DNA of 64,000 nucleotides, from assembly GCA_951406725.2 (NCBI GenBank), contig OX597821.1, positions 34,286,001 to 34,350,000 on the forward strand, in the 5' to 3' direction. The stretch comes from Octopus vulgaris. Its lineage: Eukaryota. The notes beneath the pieces were generated by a model. The model saw nothing but the letters and a program-made list of their open reading frames with translations. It searched no databases and was not told where the DNA came from. Numbering within the stretch: the stretch's first letter is position 1; the number at the start of each line of letters is the position of its first letter. Of this stretch, positions 63,433 to 64,000 are shown one piece after another. A program made the position numbers and the translations under genes.

Positions 63433-63920
63433 TTTAACATCCGCTTTCCATGCTAGCATGGGTTGGACGGTTCAACTGGGGTCTGGGGAGCCGAAGCTGC
63501 ACCAGTCCAGTCAGATCTGCAGTGTTACAGCTGGATGCCCTTCCTAACGCCAACCACTCCGAGAGTGTAGTGGGTGATTTTATGTGCCACCGACACAGGT
63601 GCCAGACGAGGCTGGCAAACGGCCACGCTCGGATGGTGTTTTATGTGCCACCGACACAGGTGCCAGACGAGGCTGGCAGACAGCCACGCTCGGATGGTGT
63701 TTTTATGTGCCACCGACACAGGTGCCAGATGAGGCTGGCAAAACGGCCACGATCGGATGGTGCTTGTTACGTGCCCACAGCACGGAGGCCAGTCGATGCG
63801 GTACTGGCTACGGCCACGTTCGGATGGTTTTCTTGTGTGCCACAAGGATACAAATTCACAGGTGCTAGATGAGGCTGGCGAACGGCCACGATCGGATGGT
63901 GTTTGTCATGTGCCCACCGC
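63430..63920 (-). mobile_element. SINE-like family C with a ~61 bp internal tandem array
   Basis: TGTGCCACCGACACAGGTGCCAGA.GAGGCTGGCA occurs three times, plus diverged units. Confidence 0.85.
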
Positions 63921-64000
63921 ACTGACTACAGCACTGATGGATTCTTGTGTGCCATTTACTCTTTTACTTGTTTCAGTCATTTGACTGCAGCCATGCTGGA

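Overview
AT-rich, repeat-saturated eukaryotic DNA, probably intronic or intergenic. The SINE repertoire and microsatellite load look like an octopus or other coleoid cephalopod; this is pattern recognition, not a search result. No intact gene is visible. Almost all ORFs in the track are microsatellite or SINE artefacts, and there is one plausible 118-bp coding exon at 30970-31087. The window holds several SINE families (four with tRNA-like heads), LINE 3' remnants (CR1, RTE, R4/Dong-like), Tc1/mariner fossils (DD34D, DD37D, DD41D), TIR MITEs, non-autonomous Helitrons and a 5S rRNA pseudogene. The main signal is a Penelope-like element (PLE) system. It comprises a decayed GIY-YIG endonuclease, about ten asymmetric fold-back insertions in (TA)n tracts, and about eleven hammerhead-ribozyme-like folds. 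Their cores show all four Watson-Crick versions of the tertiary 3-8 pair (C-G, G-C, U-A, A-U), and one is fused behind a tRNA-derived SINE head. A composite Helitron with an in-window empty site is also notable. All structures and coordinates were read by eye; repeat boundaries are approximate.
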